From an uncultured beta proteobacterium (GTDB lineage: Bacteria > Pseudomonadota > Gammaproteobacteria > Burkholderiales > Rhodocyclaceae), in the NCBI GenBank assembly GCA_903946745.1, contig CAJAWW010000011.1, positions 2,368 to 66,367 of the forward strand: DNA of 64,000 bases. The letters run 5' to 3'. Under the pieces are notes generated by a model. That model searched no databases and was not told where the DNA came from. It saw only the letters and a list, made by a program, of their open reading frames with translations. The translations under genes and the position numbers were made by a program. Positions 41,061 to 49,569 of the stretch are shown piece after piece. Positions within the stretch are counted from its first letter, which is position 1. Every line of letters begins with the position of its first letter.

Positions 41061-41957
41061 ATGACCATGAAAATCGCACTGGGGCCGCTGCTGTTTTTCT
41101 GGAGCAAGGACGAAGTCTTCAATTTTTACGCCGAGATGGCGGAGAACCCGCAGATCGACCGCATCTATCTGGGCGAAGTGGTCTGCTCGCGCCGCCAGCA
41201 ACTGCGTACCGCAGACTGGCTCGGCCTCGCCCGCGACCTGCGCGAAGCCGGCAAAGATGTAGTGCTCGCCGCACAGGCGCTGCTGGAATCCGAAAGCGAT
41301 CTGAAAATGCTGCGCCGCCTGTTGGACGACAGCCAGTGCGTCGTCGAAGCCAACGATCTGGGTGCAGTCAAGATCGCCAAAGACAAAGGCATACCCTTTG
41401 TTTGCGGCCCGCATCTCAACCTTTACAACGAAGACACGCTGGCCTTTTATGCCACGCAAGGCGCCATCCGCTGGCTGCCGCCGCTTGAAGCCACCGGCGA
41501 ACTGGTGCGCCAGTTGCACGCCACGCGGCCGCCCGGCATGGAAACCGAAGTCTTCGCCTTCGGCAAAATCCCGTTGGCCTTCTCGGCGCGCTGTTTCACC
41601 GCCCGGCACTATGGACTGAACAAGGACGACTGCCAGTTCAAATGTCTCGACCATCCCGAAGGCATGCTGGTCAAAACCCGCGAACAGGAAAGTTTTTTGA
41701 CGCTGAACGGCATCCAGACCATGTCGGCACACAGCTACAACCTGCTAGCCGAAATGCCCGAGCTACTGGCACTGGGCATTGACGCGGTGCGCATCAGCCC
41801 GCAGCCAACCCATACCCCGGCCATCGTCGCCGCCTTTGCCGCCGCCCGTGATGGACAGAGCGCCCGCCCCGATCCGGCCTGGAACCCCGAAGGTCTGGTC
41901 AATGGCTTCTGGCACGGCAAGGCCGGCATCGTGCAGCAAGACGTGGAATTCGTCTGA
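41061..41957 (+). CDS. ubiV: U32-family protein UbiV
   Basis: [15 protein letters not shown]... is a short U32 homologue with the Cys pattern VVCSRR...[21 protein letters not shown]. Start at 41061 or 41067. Confidence 0.8.
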   Translation: MTMKIALGPLLFFWSKDEVFNFYAEMAENPQIDRIYLGEVVCSRRQQLRTADWLGLARDLREAGKDVVLAAQALLESESDLKMLRRLLDDSQCVVEANDLGAVKIAKDKGIPFVCGPHLNLYNEDTLAFYATQGAIRWLPPLEATGELVRQLHATRPPGMETEVFAFGKIPLAFSARCFTARHYGLNKDDCQFKCLDHPEGMLVKTREQESFLTLNGIQTMSAHSYNLLAEMPELLALGIDAVRISPQPTHTPAIVAAFAAARDGQSARPDPAWNPEGLVNGFWHGKAGIVQQDVEFV

Positions 41958-41998
41958 TCCGTCTATAAAATTCAAGAAAATATCAAGGAAAACCCGCC

Positions 41999-42499
41999 AT
42001 GAGCACCTTCATCATCCCGAAATTCGCCCTGCCCGGTTTTGTCGCCAAAATTGGCGCGCGCCTGCCGCAGTGGCCGCATGCGCTCTCACTCATCTGTGGT
42101 CTCAATCTCGTCCGCTCGCTTGGCATCCTGCCCGCTGAAACGCTGGCCGAAATCGACGGCCGCACGTTTCGGGTCACCGTGCTCGACACCGGTGCGGTGG
42201 CAACCTTCACCCTTCAGGGCGGCGTGTTCAAACCCGTTTTCGGCAAAGCTTCGCCAGACCTGCAATTCACCGCCAACCTCTCGGCCTACCTGCAACTGCT
42301 GGCACGGCAGGAAGACCCCGACACCCTGTTTTTCAATCGCCAGCTCACCATCGAAGGCGACACCGAACTCGGCCTGACGGTCAAAAACATGCTCGATGCG
42401 GTGGATTTTTCCACCCTGCGCGCCAGCCTCTCGCGCCTGCCCGGCTTCGCCCGCCTGCGCGACCACGGCGACAGCCATACTCAAACCAGCCCGGCGTGA
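41999..42499 (+). CDS. ubiT: SCP2-domain ubiquinone-biosynthesis accessory protein UbiT
   Basis: 166 aa SCP2-like (ANLSAYLQLLARQEDPDTLFFNRQLTIEGDTELGLTVKNMLD), third gene of the ubiUVT set. Confidence 0.75.
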   Translation: MSTFIIPKFALPGFVAKIGARLPQWPHALSLICGLNLVRSLGILPAETLAEIDGRTFRVTVLDTGAVATFTLQGGVFKPVFGKASPDLQFTANLSAYLQLLARQEDPDTLFFNRQLTIEGDTELGLTVKNMLDAVDFSTLRASLSRLPGFARLRDHGDSHTQTSPA

Positions 42500-42669
42500 T
42501 CGCCTCGCCCTGCATCGAAGTCTGCCGCACGGAAAACGGCCTGTGCACCGGCTGCTTGCGCACGCTGGATGAAATCACCGTCTGGAGTACGGCGGATGAT
42601 GCACAACGATTGCAGATTCTGGATGCCGTGAGACAGCGCCGCGCCACAAACACACTTGCCGCACATTAA
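42496..42669 (+). CDS. DUF1289-family small Cys-rich protein (below the ORF-track size threshold)
   Basis: 57 codons from the GTG at 42496 (GTGA overlap with the ubiT stop) to the TAA at 42667-42669: VIASPCIEVCRTENGLCTGCLRTLDEITVWSTADDAQRLQILDAV... The SPC-x3-C...G-x-C-x-GC-x-RT-x-DEI-x-x-W pattern is what I recognise as DUF1289. Confidence 0.65.
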   Translation: MIASPCIEVCRTENGLCTGCLRTLDEITVWSTADDAQRLQILDAVRQRRATNTLAAH

Positions 42670-42711
42670 CTTTCGCGCAACAATGCAGCGAACCTGCCAA
42701 GGAGAAGTTTC

Positions 42712-43116
42712 ATGCCCGCCCACTTTATGGCCACGCTACCGAATTTTCTTGCCTACTTTGGCGTCAGCATCGGCTTGCTGGGTCTGTTTCTGCTGGTCTA
42801 TGTCACGGTAACACCCTACAAAGAGTTCACGCTGATTCGCGGCGGCAACACGGCGGCGGCTATTTCACTGACGGGCACGATTCTCGGCTTTGCCCTGCCA
42901 GTCGCCAATGTGGTGGCGCATAGCGACACGCTGCTGGATCTGACGATGTGGGGTGCAGTGGCGGGCTGCGTGCAACTGGCCGCCTATTTTGCGGTGCGGC
43001 TGTTGCTGCCGCAACTCAACGATGACATTCCTGCCGGGCGCGTAGCCTCGGCGACCTTTCTCGCCGGGCTGTCGCTCGGCGTCGGCATCATCAATGCGGC
43101 CTGCATGACGTACTGA
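42712..43116 (+). CDS. DUF350 (YjfL-like) 4-TM membrane protein
   Basis: 134 aa with four hydrophobic helices and TPYKEFTLIRGGNTAAAISLTG, typical of DUF350. AGGAG Shine-Dalgarno sequence upstream. Confidence 0.8.
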   Translation: MPAHFMATLPNFLAYFGVSIGLLGLFLLVYVTVTPYKEFTLIRGGNTAAAISLTGTILGFALPVANVVAHSDTLLDLTMWGAVAGCVQLAAYFAVRLLLPQLNDDIPAGRVASATFLAGLSLGVGIINAACMTY

Positions 43117-43149
43117 AAAACCCCGGCACCACAATTCAAGGAGACGCAC

Positions 43150-44184
43150 ATGGCACTCATGGACTTCATCAAGAAACAATTTATTGACATCATCCAATGG
43201 ACAGAGGATGACGCGACCACCATGGCCTGGCGCTTTCCCATGGCCGAGATGGAAATTCAGAATGGTGCCAGCCTGACGGTGCGTGAATCGCAGATGGCAG
43301 TCTTCGTGAACGAAGGCCAGGTTGCCGATGTATTCGGCCCCGGTACGCACAAGCTGACAACACAGACGCTGCCGGTGCTGACCTATCTGAAAAACTGGGA
43401 CAAGCTCTTCGAATCCCCCTTCAAAAGCGATGTGTATTTTTTCAGCACGCGGCAAAAGCTTGATCGCAAGTGGGGCACCCCCAACCCGGTCACCATCCGC
43501 GACAAAGATTTCGGCATGGTACGGCTGCGTGCCTTCGGCATCTATGCCTTCCACCTGACCGACCCCAAGCTCTTTCACACCACAATTTCGGGCACGCTGG
43601 AGCGTTACTCCAGCGAGGAACTCGAAGGCCAGTTGCGCAACACCATCGTCGGCCACATTGCCGACATCTTCGGCGAATCCGGCGTGCCTTTTATCGACAT
43701 GGCCAGTAATCAGGAAGAATTCGGCAAGGCGCTGCGCGCCAAGGTCGAGCCAATGTTCCAGAGCTACGGGCTGGCGCTGGACAGCTTCAACGTGCAGAAC
43801 ATCTCGCTGCCCGAAGAACTACAAGCCATGCTCGACAAGCGCATCGGCGTGAATATGATGGGCGGCATGCAGGCTTACACGCAGTTCCAGACCGCCGAGG
43901 CGATTCCGCTGGCAGCGCAAAACGAAGGCGGGCTGGCCGGTTTGGGCGCAGGCATGGGGGTTGGTTTTGGCATGGGGCAACAGATCGCCGGCGCGATGTC
44001 CGGGGCACTGAATCCGGCCGCGGGTGTTGCGGGCTCTGCCCCCGCAGCCGCAGCCCCCGCAGCGCCCATTTCAGCCGACGATGTCGTGGGCACGCTCGAA
44101 AAGTTGCACGGGCTGGTGACCAAGGGCGTGCTATCGCAGGCTGAATTCGATGCCAAAAAAGCCGAGTTGCTGGGCAAGCTCTAA
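43150..44184 (+). CDS. SPFH/Band-7 superfamily protein (COG4260, YdjI-like) with Gly/Ala-rich linker and C-terminal SHOCT domain
   Basis: 344 aa. The N-terminus MALMDFIKKQFIDIIQWTEDD and the following beta-rich region match my memory of the YdjI-like SPFH family. The C-terminus DVVGTLEKLHGLVTKGVLSQAEFDAKKAELLGKL is a SHOCT-type motif. Confidence 0.8.
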   Translation: MALMDFIKKQFIDIIQWTEDDATTMAWRFPMAEMEIQNGASLTVRESQMAVFVNEGQVADVFGPGTHKLTTQTLPVLTYLKNWDKLFESPFKSDVYFFSTRQKLDRKWGTPNPVTIRDKDFGMVRLRAFGIYAFHLTDPKLFHTTISGTLERYSSEELEGQLRNTIVGHIADIFGESGVPFIDMASNQEEFGKALRAKVEPMFQSYGLALDSFNVQNISLPEELQAMLDKRIGVNMMGGMQAYTQFQTAEAIPLAAQNEGGLAGLGAGMGVGFGMGQQIAGAMSGALNPAAGVAGSAPAAAAPAAPISADDVVGTLEKLHGLVTKGVLSQAEFDAKKAELLGKL

Positions 44185-44238
44185 GCCACACTAAACCCCA
44201 CCTTAATTCACTAACTTTTCCACCAGCGGAGCCGGCTC

Positions 44239-46260
44239 TTGCCCTTTAGCGCCAACTGCCCGTCTTGCGGCGCGCCGGTCGAGTTCAAGTCGACCACGTC
44301 GTTCCATGCCGTGTGCGCGTTTTGCCAGAGCACGCTGGTGCGCCACGGCGGCAACCTCGAAAACCTCGGCCGCATGGCCGATCTGATCGAGGACACCTCG
44401 CCGATTCAGCTGGGTACCGAAGGCGTTTTCAAGGGCGTGCATTTCGCCGTGATCGGCCGCATTCAGCTGCGTTATGCCGCCGGGTTGTGGAACGAATGGT
44501 ATGTGCTGTTCGACGATCAACGCGGTGGCTGGTTGTCAGACGCCAACGGCGAATATGTCTTGAGCTTTCTGACGCCGCCTGAAATCACGCTGCCGGCCTA
44601 CGCTGAACTGGTGCCCGACACCTCGCTGACCCTGGCCGGGCGCGAATTCGTCGTCACCAACAAAGAAGCGGCCATGTGCATCGCTGGTGCCGGCGAACTG
44701 CCCTTTGCGTTTGGCTCGGGCTACCCGGCGGAACTGGTGGATCTGCGCGCCACCGATGGTTCCGGTTCGTTTGCCAGCATCGATTATTCGGAAACACCGC
44801 CGCTGTTTTTCGTCGGCGTGTCGCTGCCCTTTGCCAGCTTCAAGTTTGCCAATCTGCGCGCCGGCACCGAAGCAAAAAAAGTTTCAGGTTCAGTGAAGGC
44901 GCTGCAATGCCCCGCCTGCGGCGGTGCGATTGCACTGCACGATCCGGCCGTGCAAAGCGTGGCCTGCCCGTCGTGCCTGGGGATTCTCGATGTCGAAAAC
45001 GAAAACCTGCGCCTGATCGCCAAAGTCAATGCCGCCATGTGGCTGGAGCCACGCATCCCGCTGGGCAGCACCGGCCGCTTTGAAAATCTCGACTGGACGC
45101 TGATCGGCTTTCAGCAGCGTTGCATCGTCAGCGAGGGCATCAATTATCTGTGGCATGAATACCTGTTGCAGCATCCGCAAGAGGGCTTCCGCTGGCTGAT
45201 CGAGTCCGACGGGCACTGGTCGTTGGCGCGCGTGCTGACATCGCCGCCACGCTCTACCCTTGGCATGCCGACGGCGTTGCTTGGCGGAGAAACCTTCACC
45301 CGCTTTAGCGCCGGCATGGCCGAAACACGCTATGTGATTGGCGAATTCACCTGGAAAGTACGCATCGGTGAAACCTGGGAAACCACCGATTTCATCGCCC
45401 CGCCACGCATGCTCTCACGCGAAGCCAGTGAGGGCGAAACCAGCTGGTCAATCGCAGAGTATCTGAGCCCGGAAGCGGTTACCGCCGCCTTTCAACTGCC
45501 CAACCCGTTGCCGGCACCGGTCAGTGTCGGCGCGATCCAGCCCAACCCACGGCTGGAAAATCATCGCAGTGTGTGCAGCTATTTCTGGAAATTTTTTCTG
45601 GCAGTAACCGTGATGCATCTGCTGTGGGTGTTTGTGCTGGGCGGCAACACGCTGCTGGAACAGCGACTGGTGTACTCGCCCACGCAAGCAGAATCACAGA
45701 AAACCAACAGTTTTACGCTCACCAGCCCAACCCGCTCACTCGTCGTGGAACACCAGACCGACATCAATAACAACTGGGTGGGGCTGGGGCATGCACTGGT
45801 GGAACAAAATTCCGGCAAGGTCTGGATCGCACAACCCGAGCTGTCTTACTGGCAGGGGGTGGAGGGCGGCGAAAGCTGGAGCGAGGGCAGCAAAAGCACG
45901 GAACTGGGCTTTAAGGACCTGCCTGCCGGTACCTACTATTTTGTGCTCGACCCGGAACTATCAAACGAAAACCCGGCCAGCGTGGCCGACCGCATCAAGG
46001 TAGTGCGTAACCCGGTGGCCTGGAGCAACTATATTCTGCTGACAATTTTTCTCGCCATCTTCCCCTTGCTGACGCTTTACCGCAAAGGCTCGTTCGAGAC
46101 CGCACGCTGGCAATCAGCTGATTTCACCCGCACGGGCGAAGCTGAAAGCATCGTCAGCAACGCTGACAGCGATTCCGACAGCGACGCTGACATTGAATAT
46201 GATGGTGACTCCGGTAGTGACTCCGGTAGTGACTCGGGCAGCAGCGGAGGCAACGACTGA
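44239..46260 (+). CDS. Large Zn-ribbon / triple DUF4178-like / 2-TM membrane protein with acidic Asp/Ser-rich tail
   Basis: 673 aa from a TTG start (GGAG 7 nt upstream; in-frame stop at 44212). Two CxxC...CxxC ribbons (CPSCG...CAFCQ, CPACG...CPSCLG). Three W-x-E-[WY]-x-L style beta modules (LWNEWYVLFDD, LWHEYLLQHP, FTWKVRIGETWE). TM helices near residues 445-470 and 595-615. Tail ADSDSDSDADIEYDGDSGSDSGSDSGSSGG. Confidence 0.75.
   Translation: MPFSANCPSCGAPVEFKSTTSFHAVCAFCQSTLVRHGGNLENLGRMADLIEDTSPIQLGTEGVFKGVHFAVIGRIQLRYAAGLWNEWYVLFDDQRGGWLSDANGEYVLSFLTPPEITLPAYAELVPDTSLTLAGREFVVTNKEAAMCIAGAGELPFAFGSGYPAELVDLRATDGSGSFASIDYSETPPLFFVGVSLPFASFKFANLRAGTEAKKVSGSVKALQCPACGGAIALHDPAVQSVACPSCLGILDVENENLRLIAKVNAAMWLEPRIPLGSTGRFENLDWTLIGFQQRCIVSEGINYLWHEYLLQHPQEGFRWLIESDGHWSLARVLTSPPRSTLGMPTALLGGETFTRFSAGMAETRYVIGEFTWKVRIGETWETTDFIAPPRMLSREASEGETSWSIAEYLSPEAVTAAFQLPNPLPAPVSVGAIQPNPRLENHRSVCSYFWKFFLAVTVMHLLWVFVLGGNTLLEQRLVYSPTQAESQKTNSFTLTSPTRSLVVEHQTDINNNWVGLGHALVEQNSGKVWIAQPELSYWQGVEGGESWSEGSKSTELGFKDLPAGTYYFVLDPELSNENPASVADRIKVVRNPVAWSNYILLTIFLAIFPLLTLYRKGSFETARWQSADFTRTGEAESIVSNADSDSDSDADIEYDGDSGSDSGSDSGSSGGND
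46205..46240. repeat. 12-bp tandem repeat gtgactccggta x2 plus one degenerate copy, encoding the (DSGS)n tail
   Basis: Read directly: 46205-46216 equals 46217-46228, and 46229-46240 differs at 2 positions. Confidence 0.85.
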
Positions 46261-46406
46261 TGCCACGGATTTTTCTGATTGCCGGCCTGCTGGGCATCGG
46301 TTTTTTCAACTACGCCCAATACACGGGCTGGAGCCTGTTCTCCGAAGAATCGCAAGCGCAACCGGTGCGTTCCGCCAACGCCGCGCGCAGCCTGTACCAC
46401 AAGTAA
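46260..46406 (+). CDS. Candidate 48-aa single-TM microprotein (below the ORF-track size threshold)
   Basis: The ATG at 46260 shares its A with the TGA of the upstream gene (TGATG), with GGAGG 9 nt upstream. MPRIFLIAGLLGIGFFNYAQYTGWSLFSEESQAQPVRSANAARSLYHK has one clear hydrophobic helix. It ends 30 nt before the next gene. Confidence 0.4.
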   Translation: MPRIFLIAGLLGIGFFNYAQYTGWSLFSEESQAQPVRSANAARSLYHK

Positions 46407-46436
46407 TCACAAGTAGCCCGTAGCACCAATCACCGC

Positions 46437-47939
46437 ATGCACGCTCCCCTGCTGGTTTCAGTCTTTATCGTCGCCTCGTGCGGGCTGGCCTATGAGCTGA
46501 TCGCCGGCGCACTCGCGAGCTATTTGCTGGGCGATTCGGTCACGCAATTTTCCACAATCATCGGCACGTATCTCTTCGCCATGGGCATCGGCTCGTGGTT
46601 GTCACGCCATATCGGTGGCGATTTGCTGCGGCGTTTCATTCAGATCGAACTGCTGGTCGGTCTGCTCGGTGGCATTTCGGCCGGGCTGCTGTTTTTGTTA
46701 TTCACCCTGCACGCCGGGCCGTTCGGACTGATGCTGTATGGACTGGTGATGCTGATCGGCATTCTGGTCGGCCTCGAAATTCCGCTCATCATGCGCATTC
46801 TCAAGGGCGAGGTAGCGTTCAAGGATCTGGTCGCGCAGGTGTTGTCCTTCGATTACATCGGCGCGCTGGCAGTGTCGCTGCTGTTCCCGCTGGTGCTGGC
46901 ACCACATCTTGGACTGGTCAGAAGCGCGCTGCTGTTCGGCCTGCTCAATGCGCTGGTGGCCGCCTGGGCATTGATGCTGTTCCGCACGCGCATCGGCAAT
47001 GTGCGCGGTTTGCAGGTGCAATGCGCGGCGGTGATCGCCGCGCTGGTCATCGGCTTTGCGCTGGCCGGCCGCTTCGTCAGTCTCGCCGAAGCCAACCTCT
47101 ATGCCGAAGACATCGTGCATGCCGAATCCAGCCCCTATCAGCGCATCGTCGTCACCCGCTGGCGCGACGAAACGCGGCTTTACCTCAACCACAATCTGCA
47201 ATTCAGTTCGCGCGACGAATACCGTTACCACGAAGCGCTGGTGCATCCGGGGCTGGCCGCCCTGCCCGGCGCACGCCGCGTGCTGGTGCTGGGCGGCGGC
47301 GATGGCATGGCGGTGCGCGAAATCCTCAAATACCCGCAGGTCGAACACATTACGCTGGTCGATCTCGACCCGCGCATGACAGAAATTTTCCGCACTTCGC
47401 CGCTGTTGCGCCCACTCAACGGTGATGCGCTGCATTCCCCCAAGCTCACCATCGTCACCGCCGACGCCCTGCAATGGCTGGAAGCCTCCAGCGAACAATT
47501 CGATTTCGTGGTGGCAGATTTTCCAGACCCCTCCAGCCATGGCCTCGGCAAGCTCTACTCAACCGCTTTCTATCGCCTGCTGGCGCAGCATGTGTCGGCC
47601 ACGGGCATGATCGTAGTGCAGGCCACTTCGCCGATGTATGCGCGTGAATCATTCTGGACAGTCGTTACCACGCTCGAAGCCGCCGGCTGGCAGACCGCGC
47701 CGTATCACGCGCTGGTGCCCAGTTTCGGCGAATGGGGTTACATCATCGCCGGCCATCGCGGCTACCAGATGCCAAAAACTGTTCCCGTGCCGACCCGATT
47801 TGTGACGCCCGACGCACTGCCCGCGCTGTTTCATTTTCCTGCCGACATGGCGCGAGTGCCCGCCGAACCCAATCGCCTCGACAACCAGAATCTGGTGCGG
47901 GTGTTCGAGCGTGAATGGGGTCGCCTGCAAGGCCACTGA
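46437..47939 (+). CDS. speE: Membrane-embedded polyamine aminopropyltransferase (about 7 TM helices + spermidine-synthase fold)
   Basis: 500 aa. The N-terminal 200 residues are polytopic membrane. The C-terminal domain has YQRIVV, YHEALVHP, VLVLGGGDGMAVREI and the DFPDP motif of spermidine/spermine synthases. Confidence 0.85.
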   Translation: MHAPLLVSVFIVASCGLAYELIAGALASYLLGDSVTQFSTIIGTYLFAMGIGSWLSRHIGGDLLRRFIQIELLVGLLGGISAGLLFLLFTLHAGPFGLMLYGLVMLIGILVGLEIPLIMRILKGEVAFKDLVAQVLSFDYIGALAVSLLFPLVLAPHLGLVRSALLFGLLNALVAAWALMLFRTRIGNVRGLQVQCAAVIAALVIGFALAGRFVSLAEANLYAEDIVHAESSPYQRIVVTRWRDETRLYLNHNLQFSSRDEYRYHEALVHPGLAALPGARRVLVLGGGDGMAVREILKYPQVEHITLVDLDPRMTEIFRTSPLLRPLNGDALHSPKLTIVTADALQWLEASSEQFDFVVADFPDPSSHGLGKLYSTAFYRLLAQHVSATGMIVVQATSPMYARESFWTVVTTLEAAGWQTAPYHALVPSFGEWGYIIAGHRGYQMPKTVPVPTRFVTPDALPALFHFPADMARVPAEPNRLDNQNLVRVFEREWGRLQGH

Positions 47940-49564
47940 TGCAGCGCCGCGAATTTCTGCTCGGCGCATCGATGGCCGCCTTACTGAATGCTTGCGGCCA
48001 GCCGGCGGGTTTTTCATCCAAACCACCGCTGCCCCCCGGAACGCTGACCGAACCCGCACGCCTGCTCGGCCATCGACTGCGCCAGAAGGATTTTCCTGCC
48101 CCGACAGAAACCCGTCGCGTCGCTGTAGTCATTGCCGGGGGCGGCATCGGCGGTCTTTCAGCAAGTTGGCGGCTCCAGCATGCCGGCTGCGATGATTTTT
48201 TGTTGCTGGAGATGGAAAGCAGCGTCGGCGGCAATTCGCGTGCGGGTAGCAATGCGGTCGCGCCCTACCCGCTCGGCGCGCATTACCTGCCGCTGCCGCC
48301 GCCCGAAGCCCGCGCCGTGCGCCGCCTGCTGCGTGAATTGAATGTGCTGAAGCCTGACGGCCAGTACGATGAAGCCTATCTCTGCCATGCCCCGCAAGAG
48401 CGGCTCTACCGCGACGGCTACTGGCACGACGGCCTGTTGCCCAGCCTTGGCCTCGGTGCCAGCGAGCGCGCCGAGCATGCGCGCTTTCACGACCAGATTG
48501 CTGAACTGCGTAGCACCCGCGACCACGCCGGCCGGCGGCCTTTTGCCTTGCCCATGGCACTATCCAGCCGCGAGGCTGCATGGCGGGCGACTGATCGCAG
48601 CAACTTTCGCGACTGGTTGCTCCAAAACGGCTACACCTCCCCTGCCCTGCACTGGCTGGCTGATTACGCCTGCCGCGACGACTACGGCACCCGCGCGGCC
48701 GAAACCTCGGCATGGGCGGGGCTGCACTATTTTTCCTGCCGCGAAGGCGAAGGCCAGGTGCTCACCACGCCGGGCGGCAATGCGTGGCTAACCGACGGGC
48801 TAAAACAAGGGCTAAAACAAGGCATGGAAGGCACACGATCAGCGCAACTGCAAGCCGATGCGGTGCTCTGGCGCGTTACCGAAACACGCCATCAGGTGGC
48901 CTGCGATGTGTATCTCGCCGCCGAAAACCGCAGCATCCGGATACTGGCACGCGAACTGATCTGGGCGGCACCGCTGTTCCTGATCCCACACGTCTTCGTG
49001 CCCCCCCGCCCGGAATGGCTGGCGGCACTGGCAGGTATTGAATATGCCCCCTGGGTGGTGGTCAATCTCACGCTTTCTGCCCCGCCCGAAACCCGCGCCG
49101 GGGTACCGCTGGCCTGGGACAACGTGCTCTACGACAGCCCGGCACTGGGCTATGTGGTCGCCACCCACCAGCAACTGCGCTATGCCCCGGCACCGACCGT
49201 CATCACCTGGTATCGCGCCCTGCATGAAGAATCCGTGCGCAGCCCGGCCACCCCGCTGTTGCAAATGGATCGCGCCGCATGGGCCGAGGCGGCATTGCGC
49301 GATCTCGAACGCGCACATCCTGAAATCCGTCAGACGGCCACCCGCATCGACGTCCATCGCCACGCCCATGCCATGATCCGACCCCGCCCCGGCAGCCTGT
49401 GGGATGGCCGGCGTGAGGTCTTTACCCGCAACCATGGCCGGGTGCGGTTCGCACATGCCGATGTCTCCGGCTTCTCCTTGTTCGAGGAAGCCAATCATCG
49501 CGGGGTGCTGGCCGCAGAGCGCACACTGACCCGGCTCGGGGTATCCTTCAACACATTCCTGTAA
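47939..49564 (+). CDS. Tat-signal, lipobox-like FAD-dependent oxidoreductase (flavin amine-oxidase-like)
   Basis: MQRREFLLGASMAALLNACG has a twin-arginine motif plus LNAC-type Cys. VAVVIAGGGIGGLSASWRL is a dinucleotide-binding GxGxxG, followed by E-x5-GGN. TGATG overlap with the aminopropyltransferase stop. Confidence 0.8.
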   Translation: MQRREFLLGASMAALLNACGQPAGFSSKPPLPPGTLTEPARLLGHRLRQKDFPAPTETRRVAVVIAGGGIGGLSASWRLQHAGCDDFLLLEMESSVGGNSRAGSNAVAPYPLGAHYLPLPPPEARAVRRLLRELNVLKPDGQYDEAYLCHAPQERLYRDGYWHDGLLPSLGLGASERAEHARFHDQIAELRSTRDHAGRRPFALPMALSSREAAWRATDRSNFRDWLLQNGYTSPALHWLADYACRDDYGTRAAETSAWAGLHYFSCREGEGQVLTTPGGNAWLTDGLKQGLKQGMEGTRSAQLQADAVLWRVTETRHQVACDVYLAAENRSIRILARELIWAAPLFLIPHVFVPPRPEWLAALAGIEYAPWVVVNLTLSAPPETRAGVPLAWDNVLYDSPALGYVVATHQQLRYAPAPTVITWYRALHEESVRSPATPLLQMDRAAWAEAALRDLERAHPEIRQTATRIDVHRHAHAMIRPRPGSLWDGRREVFTRNHGRVRFAHADVSGFSLFEEANHRGVLAAERTLTRLGVSFNTFL

Positions 49565-49569
49565 TCGCT

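Noticed and set aside
42481-42723. 80-aa minus-strand ORF and 42381-42653 (90 aa) in the ubiT-DUF350 gap
   Set aside because: The plus-strand 57-codon DUF1289-type ORF explains the region better. It has a conserved Cys pattern and a GTGA coupling to ubiT.
46595-47540. 276-aa (+) and 280-aa (-) alternative-frame ORFs inside the aminopropyltransferase gene, and similar ones at 48129-48713, 48839-49498, 52842-53816 and 53813-54658
   Set aside because: Arg/Ala/Gly-rich off-frame products overlapping genes with clear catalytic motifs.
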